Program-made: the position numbers and the translations under genes
Assembly: GCF_026210795.1 (NCBI RefSeq)
Contig: NC_089432.1
Coordinates: 4,588,001 to 4,652,000 of the forward strand
Direction: 5' to 3'
From: Rhizophagus irregularis
Taxonomy: Eukaryota
DNA length: 64,000 bases
The notes under the pieces: model-generated
What the model was told of the DNA's origin: nothing
Database searches by the model: none
What the model saw: only the letters and a program-made list of their open reading frames with translations
Shown here: one piece after another, positions 40,516 through 54,253 of the stretch
Position numbering within the stretch: the first letter of the stretch is position 1
Layout: every line of letters starts with the position of its first letter

Positions 40516-42156
40516 TTATTTTACTAGAGCGAGGTTGAATCGGACTTTCGGTGGTTGTAACGATTTGACCGCTGTTGGTAAATAAAGCCAATTTAAACAC
40601 AAAATTATAAGAATTATAAGAATAATAAGTATAATATTTCGGGATATAATTTTGAGTACCCGTTTAATAATATTAAAACTTTTCTTAAAAATCTTTTGAA
40701 CCCTAATTAATATCAAGGTAGATAATCTATTATCAATAATAACTTGAAATACTTCATATTCCTCTATTTTAAAAGTTTCTCTATTAATGATTTTCTTTTC
40801 ATATGGGTGTTGCTTGCTTTTACCAACAATATTGTTAATAAAAGATCCTGATGATTTGATATACAAATCTTGTAAACCAAAATATGGTCTCTCCAAATGA
40901 TTGCTTCCTTTTCAAAATTGACTCAACTTAATATAGGATTAAATCGACTTGTTAATGAAAATAAAAAACTATTTAACGTTTTACATTGATAATTTTTATG
41001 ATTACGGGATCTTTCATCTGTTGGTACGACACCATTCTAATGGATTATATCCACCAATTATCTCTCTTGGGTGGCGAATTTTAAATTATAAGAATAGTTA
41101 GTCCAATGTTTATGAAATTTACCAATCCTAAAACAATCACGACTAGCACGATAAATAAGATTAAATTTCAATGGTAAATCTTTAAAATAATAAGGTGTTC
41201 CTTTTTTCTTATCGATCCAACTTGCTATTAATGCAACATCTGTAGCATTAATAATCTTGGAGTCAAATATAAATCTTGGAGGCAGAATTTGAAAAATATT
41301 GAGTAACTTCATCATCGAGATCATCAGGTAAAATATTTTTAAAATAAGTTCTAATCTTCGTGTATTCATCAGGTGACATTTGAAAAAATCGAATATGAGG
41401 GATACAACTTTGTAAAGTTTTTTTTAGATCTATGAAATTCAATGGTTTCCATGTTTTTATATCATTATTTAATATGGAATTGGTATTTTTGATTCCCTAT
41501 TTAATTAAATATTCCCAAATTTTAATTTCTTCTAATTTAAGATAATCACATCTTAAAAATTGAATAAGTTTTTTCCATTTTTAAGAAATCATCTGATTCA
41601 AAAATAACTTCGGGACTATTACACAACAAATCTTTTGCAACTTTATGTAAATTAACGAAATTATCACATTGCAAAATTTTAACAATATCTTTTGTTTTCC
41701 ATTCTAATATATTCCAAAACAAAACTTCTCAAATTGTTGATAAAGCTCAAGTAAATCAAGTTCATCAGCGGCAATTATAACATCAATAATAAGATTATAA
41801 GACTAATCTAATTATTTTCAACGGCCTGAATAAATATACCTATTCATAATAATTTGATTTTGAGGTAATTTTTTTTTCTTTTTTATTAATCATAATGGAA
41901 GTAAAATAATTACTTTATTAGAACTTGAAATATCAAAGGTGAAATGTTAGGCTTTTTAAAAATAATTATTCCATTTTCTTTTTTTGTCCATCGTAAAGAT
42001 AAAGCATTTTTAAAATAATTGAATCTAGAAGCTGAGATTGCTGAATATAGGTTCAATTATTTAATATTCTGCTCTTCATCAATTATAATTTTTACATTAT
42101 AATCAATAGGATCTTGGAGTAAATTTAAAAAAATCTACGGATAAGGTACGATTCAT
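40516..42156 (-). pseudogene. BTB/POZ-BACK-TLDc protein pseudogene
   Basis: DYNVKII...YFKNALS..W.KKENGIIIFKKPNISP (BTB); EEIKIWEYLIK (BACK); LIYRASRD, IGGYNPLEW, FKIEEYEVFQV (TLDc). Multiple stops and frameshifts. Confidence 0.8.
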
Positions 42157-42567
42157 ATTTTACAAATTTTGTAAAATAAAGGAGAAAAAAAAGGGAAATC
42201 TAGGTTTATGTAATAAAAAACCAATCATTATACATTTTAACTATTGAAATCACAAAAAAAAATCACAAAAAAAACACATGGAAGAAAATGAAGTTACCAT
42301 AAATAATAAAATGGGAATTTAAAATGCGGGTTGTGTATTTGTTTAGAACAATATATTATTATAACAATTGATAATAAAATTTGTATACTGTATTTTAATA
42401 ATAGAGACGAAAAACAATTCATATAAGATCATAGAAGTGAGTAACTGAAGGATTATTGGTGTATAATTCTTATATGTTTAATTCGACTCAATACATATGT
42501 TTTTGATTTATTTTAATATTATCATATATATATTTAATTTTTATATTTAAATCATATTTTACAAATA

Positions 42568-42764
42568 CAGTGACACCTCTATAAGTGCACCCTCTATAAG
42601 TGCACGCACTATATAAATTCTCTTTAAGTGCACGGTGGGCCTGGTCCCAACTTATAAGAGCTCTTAATATTTTACTCTCTATAAATGCACACCCTCTCTA
42701 AGTGCACATTCTACTATTTTTTTACTATGGTCCCAAGGAGGGTGCACTTAGAGAGGTGTCACTG
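42568..42764. mobile_element. Tc1/mariner-type MITE
   Basis: TIRs cagtgacacctctataagtgcaccctc / gagggtgcacttagagaggtgtcactg (1 mismatch) with TA on both sides. Confidence 0.9.
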
Positions 42765-44225
42765 TATATATTATTAATTATTTAATAAAATTAATAAATA
42801 ATCCTTGTTCTCTATTTATTGCATTATATAAAAATCACGTATTTGATCTGCAATCACATGACATATATCCAATCATTTGTGTGTTGTTAACGTCACAGAT
42901 GAATTTCATGAATTTCAATAAAATGAAACAATTATTTGGTATTTTCAAAATCAGAGACTTTAAACGATAATTCCACGTGAGGAGGGGAAACTTGAATAAA
43001 ATTATTTCAAGTAAATCTCTTGGAATTTAACGATCATAACTTATAGGAGAGGATTTTTTTAGTTTAAAAACATAAATACTGTATTACTGTAACATCTTTT
43101 TTTTTTGGACTTTTTTATAAGGATTGGTTTTTGACTCTTGTGTAAGTGAATATTATCCAGGGTGTGGATTCTTTTTTTTTCATATTAAGAATGTAACTAA
43201 CATTCTTCAAATCGATGTCATTTTATTTGTATAAATAAATACAAGATCTATTTTGGAAGTTTCTTGATGGTCCCTTTTTATATATAGAAGTATTGTTTTA
43301 AAGAGAAATTGAAAGTACTTTTATATAAAAAAATATATTTATATTATCTCATTATTAATTAACGCCATACGTTAATTTTATAAACATCTCATTAATAAAA
43401 AATGAAGATAAAAAATTGAATCTATATAGATTTAATAGATTTTAACAATTTTTAATAATAACATAATAAATATAATTTGTTTCATCATATATCTTTTTTA
43501 ATGATACATTTTTTAAATACTCAAATAAATTTTTTTTAAAAAATTAGCATTAATAGCATAATAAAATTTTATTTGATACTTTTTTTTTTGAACAACAATT
43601 TCATTTATAATGAAAGATAATTTTTTAAAAAATAATTTCATTTTTTTAAATTTTTTTGGGCCATACCACACATTTATATTTATTTATAAAAAATACAAAT
43701 ACAATATATTCAAAAAAAATGTACTAAACAGTTGATCCAACTCCCCTACGTACCCTTTCCATCTATTATCATCCACTGATCCACAACAGTTTTTGACCCA
43801 GCATAATTTCAATTAAACAGCAGTACCGCTTGATAAATCTGGAGCCAGATGTAAATATGATTTTACCAATAGTACTAAAATGAGTTAATTAATTTTGAAA
43901 AATTAAAACTAAATTTGGATGGCAAAATTCTGGTGGTGCGCTGCAGTAAATTGTGTTTTTTTTATTTTATAACAAGAGGTTATTGTAAAAAATTGAAAAC
44001 AAATTTTTTAATATAGAACGTGTGCACAATATCATGTTATACTTTCATGAGGTCATTTAATAATTTGAATAAATTTATTAAATTATTTAAATTACAAACT
44101 AAGAATTTTGTAAAACATTTACTACTCTAGTCTTAGTGTTTAAATAATCCATGATAAATTAATAAGTGATAATAATTTAAAATATAAAAAAAAAATATTG
44201 TTAATTTAATCTATCAAAAGACAAT

Positions 44226-46630
44226 TTAAAATCCATCTAAAGTTAAAAAATAACAAATTATAAATTAATTATTTGCTTTAAAAAGAAATTCAATTTATTT
44301 AAGAACTTACCATCAGGAATTTCCAGTTCATCTTGTTCTTCTGAATGAAGATTTGGATTATTATATACTTCGTCATCATCTGTAAGAAATAAATAATTAA
44401 ATTAAAAAATAACATAAAATTAAATAAAAAATTCGCATACCATCAACATCACCAATATTTTGTCTTTTCGTTCTTTGTTGAATTATTTCTTTTTCATCAT
44501 CTAAAATTTTTAAATTAAAGCTACATTAAATAAAATATATTGACAAAATAATTTTTACTTTTTTTTTGCTTACCATCAATATCAATATCTTTCCTTTTCA
44601 TTTGTTGTTGAATTATTTCTTTTTCGTCATATTATTTTTAAAATAAAAGTCACGTTATTTAATAAATGAAACTGATACAATGAATATTATTATTTCACTT
44701 ATTTACTTACTATTTGAATTTTGCAAATTTATAAATTCTTTGGGTAATTTTTCACTATCACCTAAAATTAAGAACATAGAAATAGATTTAATATTTAATT
44801 AATTATTTCAAATAAATAACCTTTAAAAAATATTTATTAATTATACTCGATAATTTCTTACTATACTGCTCATTTGATTTATTAAAGTCGTTAACTAAAA
44901 TAAAAATTAATTATTAGACATCATTACATGATAATTCAACGCTATAATGTTATTAAAAACTTACTATTGTTAAAAACGTTAAAATCATACAATTTACTAT
45001 GCAACACTATTAACAGTAAAATAAAGTATTTAAAACTAAATAATTATAGTAACCAAAAATGGTAGAAATTATTGTTATACCTTCTTGTTCTTCTATTATA
45101 ATAAAAAGATAACATTAATAATGTATTTTAAAATAAATACATCCATTAATAAAATATTATACACTTATACCTTCTGTTGCATTTCTTGGTTCAGGTAGAT
45201 TTTCAAAGTTGTGAATTTTACTTGTAAATAATCTGCTACTCGTATAATTTTCTTCTACTTTATTCACTTCTAAATTCTCTATTTCTGATTTGAATAATTC
45301 ATCTGACATACTTTGATAATCTAAATTAATTCTTTCCATTCTATCCCAAAGTGCATAAGCGTCAGGTCTTTTTAATGGATCAGCATCCCAACATTCTTTC
45401 ATTAAATTTTTATATTCTAACGGAGTTCCTGGCACAATTTTTGGTCTTATACCATCAATAATATTATATACAAGAATATGTTCATCTTCATAATCCATAA
45501 ATGGTGGTTGTCCAAATGAAATTTCCCACATAAGCATTGCAATACTATAAATATCAGATGCAAAAGTATATCCTCTTCCAACAATAACTTCGGGTGCTAT
45601 GTAAGGAAGATTTCCATATATACTTGTTGAAGATTTATTAGCAGGTCCACAAAATCCAAGATCACTAATATACCAATAATCATTTAATTGTGAATATAAT
45701 ATATTTCCAGAATGTAAATCTCTATGAATTGCTTTCTCATCATGAATATAACTAAGTGCAAGAATTATATCATAAATAATCTTAATTCTCTTTTTCCATG
45801 TAAGTTGATTATGATTTTGTTGTAAATATTTTCTTAAATCTATATCCATTTTCATCATTACGAGAAAATAATTTCCATTTGATAGATTTTGTGTTAAACC
45901 ATAACATGGAACAACTTCTGCCCGTTTATTACTTATAGTTAAATGTGATTTAGCCTAAAAGACCATAATTTGTAAAAATACTAGTGCTAATACAAAAAAT
46001 TACAACAATTTTATAAAATATAGGATACAATATACAAACCTCTTCAAACCAACTTTGATTTGCACTTCTAACATTTTCTAATTTTTTAAGCACTATAACA
46101 TGATTTCCGCGTCTCTTTAATTGTTTTTTTTCAGAATCCCATTCTTCATATCTTCCATTAATCCAGACTGCTGAATAAATTTCTGAGAATCCACCTTTTG
46201 TTAAATATTCAATATTTTCTAAATTACTATATGGGATCCATTCAACTATATCCTTTGGCTCGAGTGATTTCATTTGACATTCCTGTATTAAATTATCAAT
46301 ATCATCATTCCCGGATGTCCAATTTGGAAAATTTTCTTGTAAATAATTTCGGACACAATATTCACAATATAATGTAGCTAAGCATTCTTGGTTACAATTT
46401 TCACAAATTCTTCTTGTTCCTGAATTATAATTAATTTTATCTCGATCATAATTGTCAATTAAATATCTTATTGCTTCAATTTTTTCATCATCTGTAAGAA
46501 TTTTATCAGCAAGGACTGTTTGTTTTTGAAATTCAAATTGTTTGTGTATATCATTGTAAATATTAGTATCTGTTAATGTTGATACTCTATTAACTGTTGC
46601 ATTAATTAACTCATATCGAAGAGTGGACAT
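44226..46630 (-). CDS. Multi-exon protein kinase, copy 2 (inverted paralog of 19415-21818)
   Basis: Same exon-intron structure and highly similar sequence; HRDLHSGN, DLG and APE are intact. Confidence 0.85.
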
Positions 46631-46805
46631 AATGCAATCAATAAGAAAGAAAGAAATAATTATTTTAAGTTCATTACTTCGTTACTCCGAGATAAATTAG
46701 TAAAATGCAAATTGTTGATCAAACTTCATGTTGTGCCCACATAAATTTTGTGACCTTGAGGCGTAGTATTTTACGCCTCATAACCAAAAAAAGAAAAATA
46801 TTACT

Positions 46806-48034
46806 TTTTTTTTTTTTTTTCAAACAAAACTTTATTAATAACATGATGATCGCAGAAACTGCGCATCATGTTCTAGACGACGTGCATCTGCTAATAAAGT
46901 ATCTATCTACTAAAAACAAAAACAAAAACAAAACATACAAAGAACACTACAACTAATCGCAACATAAAAGAAAAAAGAAATTTAACACTAACTATTTATA
47001 CGCCTGATTTAACAATTTTTTTAACCAAGCGTTATCGCCAATGTTAAACCCCATCAAACTCCCCACTCATAGATACTTTATTACTAACTATCAATTTCCC
47101 TACGCATTTCACACTTCTCAACAAAAAAAGAAACAAAACAAAAAAAAACTACTCTATTTCTCCCTTTCACTCAAAACTTTCAAAAAGTTACCACAGAATT
47201 GGCTAGATCCCGCAGTGAAACGTCCATCCTTCCGAAAAGAGCGTTTTCCACCAAAGAGTTGGCTAGGCCCCGCAGTGGAGCGTCCATCTTCCCAAAAAGT
47301 GCGTTATCCATAGTTACCTTTTCCATTCACAATGACTTGCACAACGTTAGCTTTTTGTGTTTCTTTGAACAAAACAACTGTTTGTCTACATTTATTCACA
47401 TTGCTACTGTCCAAGTCAAAAATGAAAATCCAAATCATCATCCAAACTTCTCTCACGTGATTACTGCAGATATGATGGCTGATCCCTTTCTCGGATAAAT
47501 TTATTGCCGCAATTTGTCCCACAGTAAACCACCTCATTTCCCTGCGATCCAATTGGTTCCTCAAAGAACCTTTCATTACTGCTTTTGGATTCCATCTACG
47601 TGCTAAAATTTCTGCTGCGCCGACGAAAAAAAAATTTTTGCAATGAAAAATTCCCAAGAAACCAAAATTTTCAAGCTATCCAAAAAATCTCTTTACTATC
47701 CAAAGGCCGTTTTTATTTTAATTTTTTCAAGCCTCTATTATCACTTACTGACAAAACTTTATTTGGAGCAACACCTAGCTCTCCCTGGCTTTTTTTTTTG
47801 GGTCACTAACATTGAGTTGACAGTGAGAAATAAATTTTTGGTCGAAAAAATTTAAGACCTTCTAGCAGACTCATTTTAAAACTCATATCAAAATGTTCGG
47901 AAAAGACTAAATAAACAGTTGGTAATGTTGAAATGCGTAAAATAATAACTTTCTTTAAGCACTTTTGAACTCTTCCGCCTTTTTCTTTCATCCTAAAATT
48001 TTTTGGTCTGAATGATCGGCGGGAAGAGTTCCCC
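46806..48034 (-). mobile_element. Non-autonomous non-LTR retro-insertion (~1.2 kb)
   Basis: T-tract at ~46805-46820; 18-bp TSD aaaaagaaaaatattact at 46788-46805 and 48035-48052; the site is empty in the paralogous kinase upstream region (~19246-19265). Confidence 0.85.
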
Positions 48035-48369
48035 AAAAAGAAAAATATTACTACCATTTATTATTGTACTTTCTATACTTAGTATAATTTAAAATTAAAA
48101 ATTTACTTTTTTTTTATTTTTATTTTTTTTTCAGCGAATACAATTTGTGTTTAACAAGTTGATTGTCATATTTAATGAATAGATATATAGTATCCTTGAT
48201 TATTGATTAATTTGATAAACAAAATTATTAATCTATCTAATTAAAAAAATTTTGTCATATTTAGATTACCCTCTATGAACAACTTGAATGGTGTAACTTT
48301 GAAAGAGTGATATTCTTGCGTTCGATCTATTTCGTATTTATCATATCATAATTAACTGACTATGATAAC

Positions 48370-50363
48370 CAATCTTTAAACTAATACATTTCCAGTTAAT
48401 TAAAACTTTAACTTGATTTTTTTTTATTCTGATGGATTAATACTAATATAATTTTTCTTATTAATTGCATTTATTTGGGTCATTTCCGCTCTCTTAGTTA
48501 CCACGAATCAATAATAATTTTTTTTATTTTTCAGTTTTTACCGTAAAAACTGAAACTACCTTTTTAGTCTTTTTTTTTATTAATTTTTTTATCCCTCTTT
48601 TTATCATTATTGTAACTTAACCAAAATTTTTTCTTATTCTTTTTGTTTTGTTTTATTTTTATTGGTTTTTTAATCGGAATTTATCAAATTTTTTTTAACC
48701 CATAGTTTATTCTTTTTTTTTTTGGTTTTGGTCAAGACTATAGAACTATGTCCTAGTGTCCTACGGCTTTTTCGATGTTTTGTGAGATTTTTTTTAGTCA
48801 ATGATATTGTTTCTGACTAATAAATTCGTGTGAAATTTGATTTAGTAACTTAAATTTTTTTTTAAACTGATCACTGTCAAAATTATACGTTAATTAAATA
48901 AAAATAATTTATTGTATTTATTGTGAGAACTTTTTTGATTATTGAGATTTTTTTTTTCGATTTATATGTGAGAACTTTTTTTGTTTATGAGATTGTTTTT
49001 TTCAATATTATTTCCGACTAATAAATTTGTGAAAATTTTTTTTGATATTAACTGTTAACGAATATTTTTTTAGTGAGATTGGTTTTAATTATATAGATAT
49101 TCTGTAATTAAATCTACAATAAATTTTTGATAAATCTATATATCTAAAAAAACTATATAACTAAAAAAATTTGTCTGACGTTTGGATTAGTCTCTGCATA
49201 ATAATTTGAATTGTGTAACTTGAAATCCCATGCCATATAATTAAAACCGTGACATGCCTCCACCTGATCTATTTATCCGTGTACATTCCAATCAACTAAT
49301 ACAATTTCAGTTAATAAATTTTACCTTGATCGGAATTTTTTTAAGATTATTAATAAACTGAAAAAAAATTTTCTCCCTTTCTTCTTTCGGTTTAGTTTTT
49401 TTTTCAAACCCAAAAATTTGTTTTTTCTCAGTTTAGATTTATTTTTTTTTCCCAAACTGAAAAATATTTTTTTCGAATTATTGTCCTTTTTTTTTGGAAA
49501 TTTCCCTTTTTTTGTACCGATTTTTTTATATCCTTTTTCTTTCCCCCAAATTTATTTTTAAATTTTTTTTTCTTTCAATTTTTTTTATAATAACATGTAG
49601 AAAAGATTTTCAATTAAATTGAACGATGGATAAATAGTTTGATTTTCAAATTCATAAAAATCAAAAAAAAATTGATATTTTTACAATATTTTACAATTAA
49701 TTAATTAAAGAAATTGTTGATTTAATAATAGACTATTATAACCAAATCCATATCCAAAATTCTCTAAATAATCACCAGATTTTTGAATAAAAATTTTAAT
49801 ACAAATGGTTTAGTTAAATTCGAATAAAATGAGTTATCAAAAGAATAATAATAAATGAAATGAAATATTTAATTGTTCAAATATTTTTCCTTTTTTCCAT
49901 GAATGTGTTCCAAGGCCAATAATCAAGTTGATTATAAGTTTAAAATTGACGTAATATAAAATAATAATAAGAAATAATTATAAAATTTATAATTAATTAA
50001 TAAAAATATTTGTAGTATTTTCATAATATTAAAGTTTTTTCAAAAATACTTCTGAAAAATTAATCAACTTTTATTGATAATTGTTTTTTCACAATTCCTA
50101 ATTAATCCGAATTTCACTCTACACTCAAACATCAAATCATTAATATAAATAGCTACATGATTCTAAAAATAATTTATTATTTATATCATTCTAATATTAT
50201 AAATATAATTTAATACATATTTTTTGTTACCTAATTATTACCATATTAAATTCTAATTATAAACAAAAAACTTCTTTAACTTACTTAGTATCACATTATA
50301 ATACTAAACCTTTCTATTTAAAAAACTCATTGGTCCCGGTGCGAAGCAACAGGTGACAGTTAG
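48370..50363 (+). mobile_element. Non-autonomous Helitron-like element(s)
   Basis: Similar to 13070-13983; 3' end cccggtgcgaagcaacagg...TTAG followed by T. Boundaries approximate. Confidence 0.5.
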
Positions 50364-50842
50364 TTTGTTGTTATTTTTAAATCTTATTTAAAAAAATCAA
50401 TTCGAGAATTTTGAAATGATTGTTTGATCACATTTTTAAGGAGTTGATCACACGGCAGCTGCTGTGTAATAAACAGTTAATAAACAATATTAACAATATT
50501 AAGCATCTTTTTTTTTTAATGAAGATGGAACTTTTTGAAAATGAAGCGCAACAGAAGGATATTTAGATAATTTCAGTTACAATTTACGTAAAATCAAAAA
50601 ATTTTTATTTTTAAAAAATATAAAAAATATTCAAAATTACAAATAAAATTTTAAATTACATAAGATATTTTTTTTATGATACATATGATACATGTTGATA
50701 TAAAGAAATTTATAGAAATAATAGCTCCAGGCCATTTCGTAACGAATAGTCATTAGGTATAATTTTTTGGTTAAAACTGATCTTCATGTAATAACCGAAG
50801 TCGTTAAGTCGTTTGTGCCGTCCCCATAGAAGAAATTTCCGT

Positions 50843-50944
50843 TTACATTATAGAGCATGAGTTTGTAGGATTACCATCAGGTTTTTCAGTTACTTCGGAA
50901 GTAATAATAACAATTGGTTTAGAGGTAATAATTGTTGGATTCAT
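50843..50944 (-). CDS. 33-aa CAAX-terminated peptide, candidate lipopeptide (a-factor-like) pheromone precursor
   Basis: MNPTIITSKPIVIITSEVTEKPDGNPTNSCSIM*; AAAAATG start context; TATAAATA about 130 nt upstream. Confidence 0.6.
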   Translation of the reverse strand: MNPTIITSKPIVIITSEVTEKPDGNPTNSCSIM

Positions 50945-51071
50945 TTTTGATTAATTTACTAATTGAGAATTTAATATTTGTTTGATTTCTTTGATTAATT
51001 TGATTAGTTGATTATTTTTTTGTTCTTTGGACTTTTTCTTTTGATGAAATTTTACGAGGTGAAGCCAAGTG

Positions 51072-51079
51072 TATTTATA
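51072..51079 (-). promoter_or_regulatory. Putative TATA box of the CAAX peptide gene
   Basis: TATAAATA on the minus strand upstream of the ATG at 50944; weak evidence on its own in AT-rich DNA. Confidence 0.3.
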
Positions 51080-53580
51080 ATAAACTAAACAAACAAAATT
51101 TTAGGCTTTTAAAATATCTATTATCATCGTAGAAAATTAGAATTTTACATAATTTACATTGTTTTATTATTATGTAATTTATTTTTCATTGTTATTTCCT
51201 TTCCTATGTATCGTATTGTTTTCTTTTTGATATTCTCCCTTTATGTTTCAAAATTGTCTAGATCATATCGGGTATATCCTTTTTTAGAAATTATTTAAAG
51301 ATTGGTATAAAATCTATTATCTGATATAGCAATAATATTCATGCGTTACGTCGGCCATATTCCCAACAAGTAAATTGACTGTTGCACAGATTAATATTCT
51401 TGATTTGCTTACAGTCACTGTCACGATACATTTCCGTGTGATAACGATAATAATTTATTTATGATATATTTAATTAAACCTTGCAAAATGAAATCAAACC
51501 AATTATCATATATTATAATAATATGTTCAATATATTCAATAAATCTTTTTGTTAATTGATGTGTTGACACTATGTAAAAGTGAAAATCATAATATGTCTG
51601 TTTGAGAAGCTTAGCATAATATTTATTTATAAATTTGGATAAAAATGGAAAAGTAATTTTCTATCAGTGAATTATTCCAGCGGCAAGAGTTTTCACAATC
51701 ATCTTATTAAAAAAAAAATGGGTAAATAATAGATAAATAATAATATTAAAAGCAACAATGATAACTGGCCTGACAGTGATGATTGTTTGATTAATTTTAT
51801 TGTTTGAAAAATTTTTAAAAATGGGTTAATTGACTTATTTTTATTTTTTTAATTATTGAGAATGATTTGATTTATTATTATTATTCGATTACTTATTATC
51901 ATAAATTCTTAGCAATGATTCTTATTATCTATAGCTTATTTGTCTCTTGTCTTAGTGTTTAGTGTTTCATTTTACGTAAGGTAGTATAATATCACGTGAT
52001 TGATAATCATTTGTTTTTTATACCTTTTTAACACAAAAAAAGTGTGTTCTAGATCCAGGTTGTGTCACTCACGTGAGCACAATCTGATCCTGTCAAATGA
52101 CCTCTATCGAAAACAGCTCGTTATTGATAATTCTTGTTATGGAGCCAAAAATAAATAATTTTTACAGAAAATTGTGTAGCAGGTAGTACTCAAATGGGTA
52201 GTACTCATATCAGGGATAAATCTTTACGAATGTAAAGTTATTTATAAATAAATAAATATTTAGTTTATATTTAGAACAAAAACATTATTATTCTTGAAAG
52301 TTTTTTATAGAATATTTACAAATTGAAAAAATGTTCGTAAAGAAATAAAAAAAAAAGACATGTAGTACTAGTTGCCTTTTCTAGAGCGAACTTTTCTTAG
52401 TGATCATCTAAAAAAAAAACCATGATCTTTGATCTGCAACATATAAAATGATCATACCAGTATCATACCTAAAAAATTTTTTAAAAACAAGTTAAGAATA
52501 TTTTTTCTTTAACCTTTTTGCATCATTACATTCTTTTATTTATAAATTATTATTGATATGTTTTTCTATTGTAATGTATTTAAATTTTGTGGCTCTACAT
52601 AATATTCTATGAACTGTTAACAACATCACTTACGTTTATTTTTAAAAAAATTTTAGTTAAAATATTAGCAATTTTTCATTTGTTACAAGCTTAATATATA
52701 ATGTACACGCTTAACTGAAATACCTTCCTTTGAAAATTTCTCGTGATTGCTATCCAATAAATTTCGTGATCGTGACCTTTTTTTTATTAATTAATTACCG
52801 TAAGGAAAAAAATAAAAATTTTAATTAAAATATTGGCATTTTTTTCATTTGTTACAAACCTAATATATAATATAATCTTTGAAAATCACGCTTAAAATAA
52901 CGACAAGATGTAATTATTCAATCAAATATACAAAAATATGTGGTGTGAAACAAAATTATTGTATTTTAACGAAAACGTTTTGCGACGTAATTTAATAAAA
53001 CCGTTGCGAAAACGTTTTTTTAGATAGTTTAATTAAAAAAAAAACGTTCTTATTTATTTTTTATTTAAATATAAAAATATTATTTAAAATTTATATTGTA
53101 TAAATACATTTTCTAAAGTAAACTGAATTTACAATTTATAATATTAAATAATACTTATTTAAAACTATATGAAATATATTTTAAATAAAAAAACTACATA
53201 GACATATTTTACACATTTACTCACTGCTGCACAAAAACTAACAATTCTGAAGGTATGATAAAATTATTAAGATACTAAAAAATTTGCATAATTAAACTCA
53301 ATTATGGTTGAAAAATATTTATTATAAATTCAAATGTCATGATTTTATTAGAAATGAACAAGTTCAAAATAAATCACATTTCATATATTTTATATTTTAT
53401 AGTCCTAACTCCCCTTTAAACATGAACTCTTGTTAAAACCTTAGTACTAAATTAGATTTAAGCAGTATCAAAAAAAATTCGCGAGAATATTCCTTGATAC
53501 TGCTTAAATCTTTAAATTATACTAATTTAAAAATTAATTCGTAATTCGTGCAACAATCGGAGAAAATCAACCGAATTAAT

Positions 53581-53810
53581 TAGTGTCGATCGGGGATAAG
53601 AACATATGTCGTTTTATATAATAATAAACTATCGTTTTATATAATAATAAACAGAAAAACGTTAGAATCTCTTGTTTAAAGCTCCGAACGGTTCTGGTTT
53701 AACCCGAAAACCGAACCGGATCCGGGCCGAAAATCCGGTTCAATTTTACATCTGTTTTTATATTATTCGGGACAAAGTAAAATTTTGAACCTGGCATCCG
53801 ATTTGGTATT
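53581..53810 (+). repeat. Left arm of a long (>200 bp) inverted repeat
   Basis: Reverse-complement match to ~63820-64000 (e.g. gtttaaagctccgaacggttctggtttaacccgaaa); starts with TAGTG. Confidence 0.85.
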
Positions 53811-54253
53811 ATTATTTGAAATAATTGAAAGTGAAATGAAATTTAAAAATTAAATTAAAAAAAAGCTAAACTAATACTAATTTACTACTTATACATTTAA
53901 AACTTTTAAATTACTAAAAAATTAAAGATACAATAAATTAATTGCCCGTTCGGAAATTAAGGAGATGGTCGGTTGATTCAGATTCATCATGAATTTTGGA
54001 CTACCAAATATCAAAAACATGTTACATTTGACATTTCTGTTATTTCAGTTTCAACTAGTACAACTGGTTAAATTATAAAAAAAATGATCTTTTATTTTTT
54101 TTTTTAGATACAAATTGTTAATTTGAAAAATAAAAGTATAAAATTCATGTACTATTTATTTTCACTTTCAAAAAAGTACTAAATTAATAATTTTTTGAAA
54201 AAATCTGATTAACGGAAAGTTCAAAGTCAAATGAATCATGATCGCCAGCGAGA

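Noticed and set aside
43500..43850. Inverted similarity to ~62330-62590 as TIRs of a giant element
   Set aside because: Diverged, with no defined termini or TSD; more simply two copies of a dispersed repeat.
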